NCBI GenBank assembly: GCA_030141605.1
Contig: JAQGDQ010000969.1
Location: 10,660 to 74,659 of the forward strand
Length of the DNA: 64,000 nucleotides
Direction of reading: 5' to 3'
Source of the DNA: Tubiluchus corallicola
Taxonomy: Eukaryota > Animalia > Priapulida
Below are positions 62,485 through 64,000 of the stretch, one piece after another. Position 1 is the first letter of the stretch; each line of letters begins with the position of its first letter. A program made the position numbers and the translations under genes. The notes under the pieces were generated by a model. The model searched no databases, had not been told where the DNA came from, and was given only the letters and a program-made list of their open reading frames with translations.

Positions 62485-62845
62485 CATTCAATTCTGGATT
62501 TTACGAACACGTTGTTGCTAGTGGTGACATCTAGTTGGCGGGAAGAGCAATTCTGTACTGTGATCTTTTGACATTTTTAAATCTTAATTCAGGCTTGATT
62601 TCAGCCTTGATTTGCATTTCAATCGTAACAGAAAAGTTTCAGTAAATGCTAAATATTAATGTATAAGTTTATTTATTATAACTTTGAAACTTTATTCATG
62701 TGATGATAAATCTGAAAATGGCGTTAGTCATGTCTATACGTTTAATGCCTCTATGCTGGAAAAAAGCAAAAACCCTCGGAGACAAAAAAAACTTTTAATA
62801 ATTTTCGAGCCTTAATTATTATATAATATAATTGATATATAAATA

Positions 62846-63277
62846 ACCTTGCCACTGGGGGAGGGGGGCAAGCCAGCCCAACTCAATGCCGGTCCCAAGC
62901 CCGGATAAATAGGGAGGGTTAGAGTCAGGAAGGGCATCCGCCTGTAAAAACTGCACCAAAACCTTGACTAGATGAATGAGTCGGTGAGACTTAAAGGTAA
63001 AGTCCACAAAGAAGTGGTCAGACCCGCTCTAATCTATGGGCTGGAAGCAGCTTCTCTAAAGAAGACTGAGGAGAAGAAAATGGGTGTGGTGGAGATGAGG
63101 ATGTTGAGATGGATGGTGGGATCGCAAGATTGCGATGGTATGGACATCTGAAAAGAAGACTCGGTGAAGATCATGTGGGAAGGGAAGACATAAATGAAGA
63201 GATGGTCAACAACAGGAATGCGTGGAGAAGACTCATTCACAACGGTAACCCCGCATAGGGAAAAGCTGGGAAGAAGA
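62846..63277 (+). mobile_element. Non-autonomous, internally deleted RTE-type retroelement
   Basis: RTE-like 5' UTR (GGTCCCAAGCCCGGATAAATAGGGAGGGTT...AGGAAGGGCATCCG), decayed ORF remnant ([10 protein letters not shown]...EMRMLRWM), tail AAGAAGA, perfect 18-bp TSD ATAATTGATATATAAATA at 62828-62845 and 63278-63295. Confidence 0.8.
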
Positions 63278-63296
63278 ATAATTGATATATAAATAT

Positions 63297-63708
63297 TAAT
63301 ATTGTATCAATATTAATTATATAAATTCAGATATTCTGGTATGATAATGTTATGGTAATCAATCCAAAACTTTTGTTTGGGATTAAATACAAGTTGGGAA
63401 AAAATTTTAGCTAACTAGATAGCCATTGAATAATATTATTATTATATCAATATTAATTATATAAATTCAGATATTCTGGTATGATAATGTTATGGTAATC
63501 AATCCAAAACTTTTGTTTGGGATTAAATACAAGTTGGAAAAAATTTAGCTAACTAGATAGCCATTGAATAATATTATTATTATATCAATATTAATTATAT
63601 AAATTTAGATATTCTGGTACGATAATGTTATGGTAATCGATCCAGAACTTTTGTTTGGGATTAAATACAAGTTGGAAAAAATTTTAGCTAACTAGATAAC
63701 CATTGAAT
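63297..63708. repeat. ~139-bp tandem repeat, 3 copies
   Basis: TATCAATATTAATTATATAAATTCAGATATTCTGG...AACTAGATAGCCATTGAAT. Confidence 0.85.
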
Positions 63709-63867
63709 ATGCTGCAATGAGAAGATGTGACAATGGTGGCATGATTACTAGCATGTATGACATAAACTTCGTCTCCTGTTTTTAGATGAAGGATAACAGC
63801 TTTTGTTGTGTCAAGGTAGAGACCATCACCTGCAACAAAATAATATATATATATATCTATATCTATC

Positions 63868-63901
<34 letters not shown>

Positions 63902-64000
63902 ATATATATAAAATATTTTATATAATATAATATTGTCATGGATTCCCGTGATTGAGTTCTACTCTGCTGTTAGACCTTTCATTTACAGTATTGCAAACTA

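Overview
AT-rich, intron- and repeat-dense genomic DNA from an invertebrate animal (inferred; species not identified). It holds four spliced protein-coding genes reconstructed by hand: the 3' part of a small HERC (HERC4-like) E3 ligase (+, 1209-30502), complete RACK1 (-, 35321-41751), complete PP2A catalytic subunit (+, 42216-54996) head-to-head with RACK1, and RNF181 (+, 59739-62484). Introns contain TTAA (Kolobok/piggyBac-like), Tigger-like and hAT-like MITEs, LINE and Penelope remnants and many tandem arrays. Features the ORF track misses: (1) a SNORD96-like 5.8S Gm75 guide snoRNA in a RACK1 intron with compensated non-canonical C/D boxes; (2) a 5S-rRNA-headed SINE with TSD in a GC-AG intron; (3) a Penelope-linked minimal hammerhead ribozyme; (4) tandem arrays built from functional gene signals (a complete 3' splice-site module ~21x, the HERC4 stop-codon region ~6x, a RACK1 donor 2x); (5) a 3-kb satellite made from a transposon end. 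The long ORFs in the track are repeat artefacts. Family names are from pattern recognition, not database searches.
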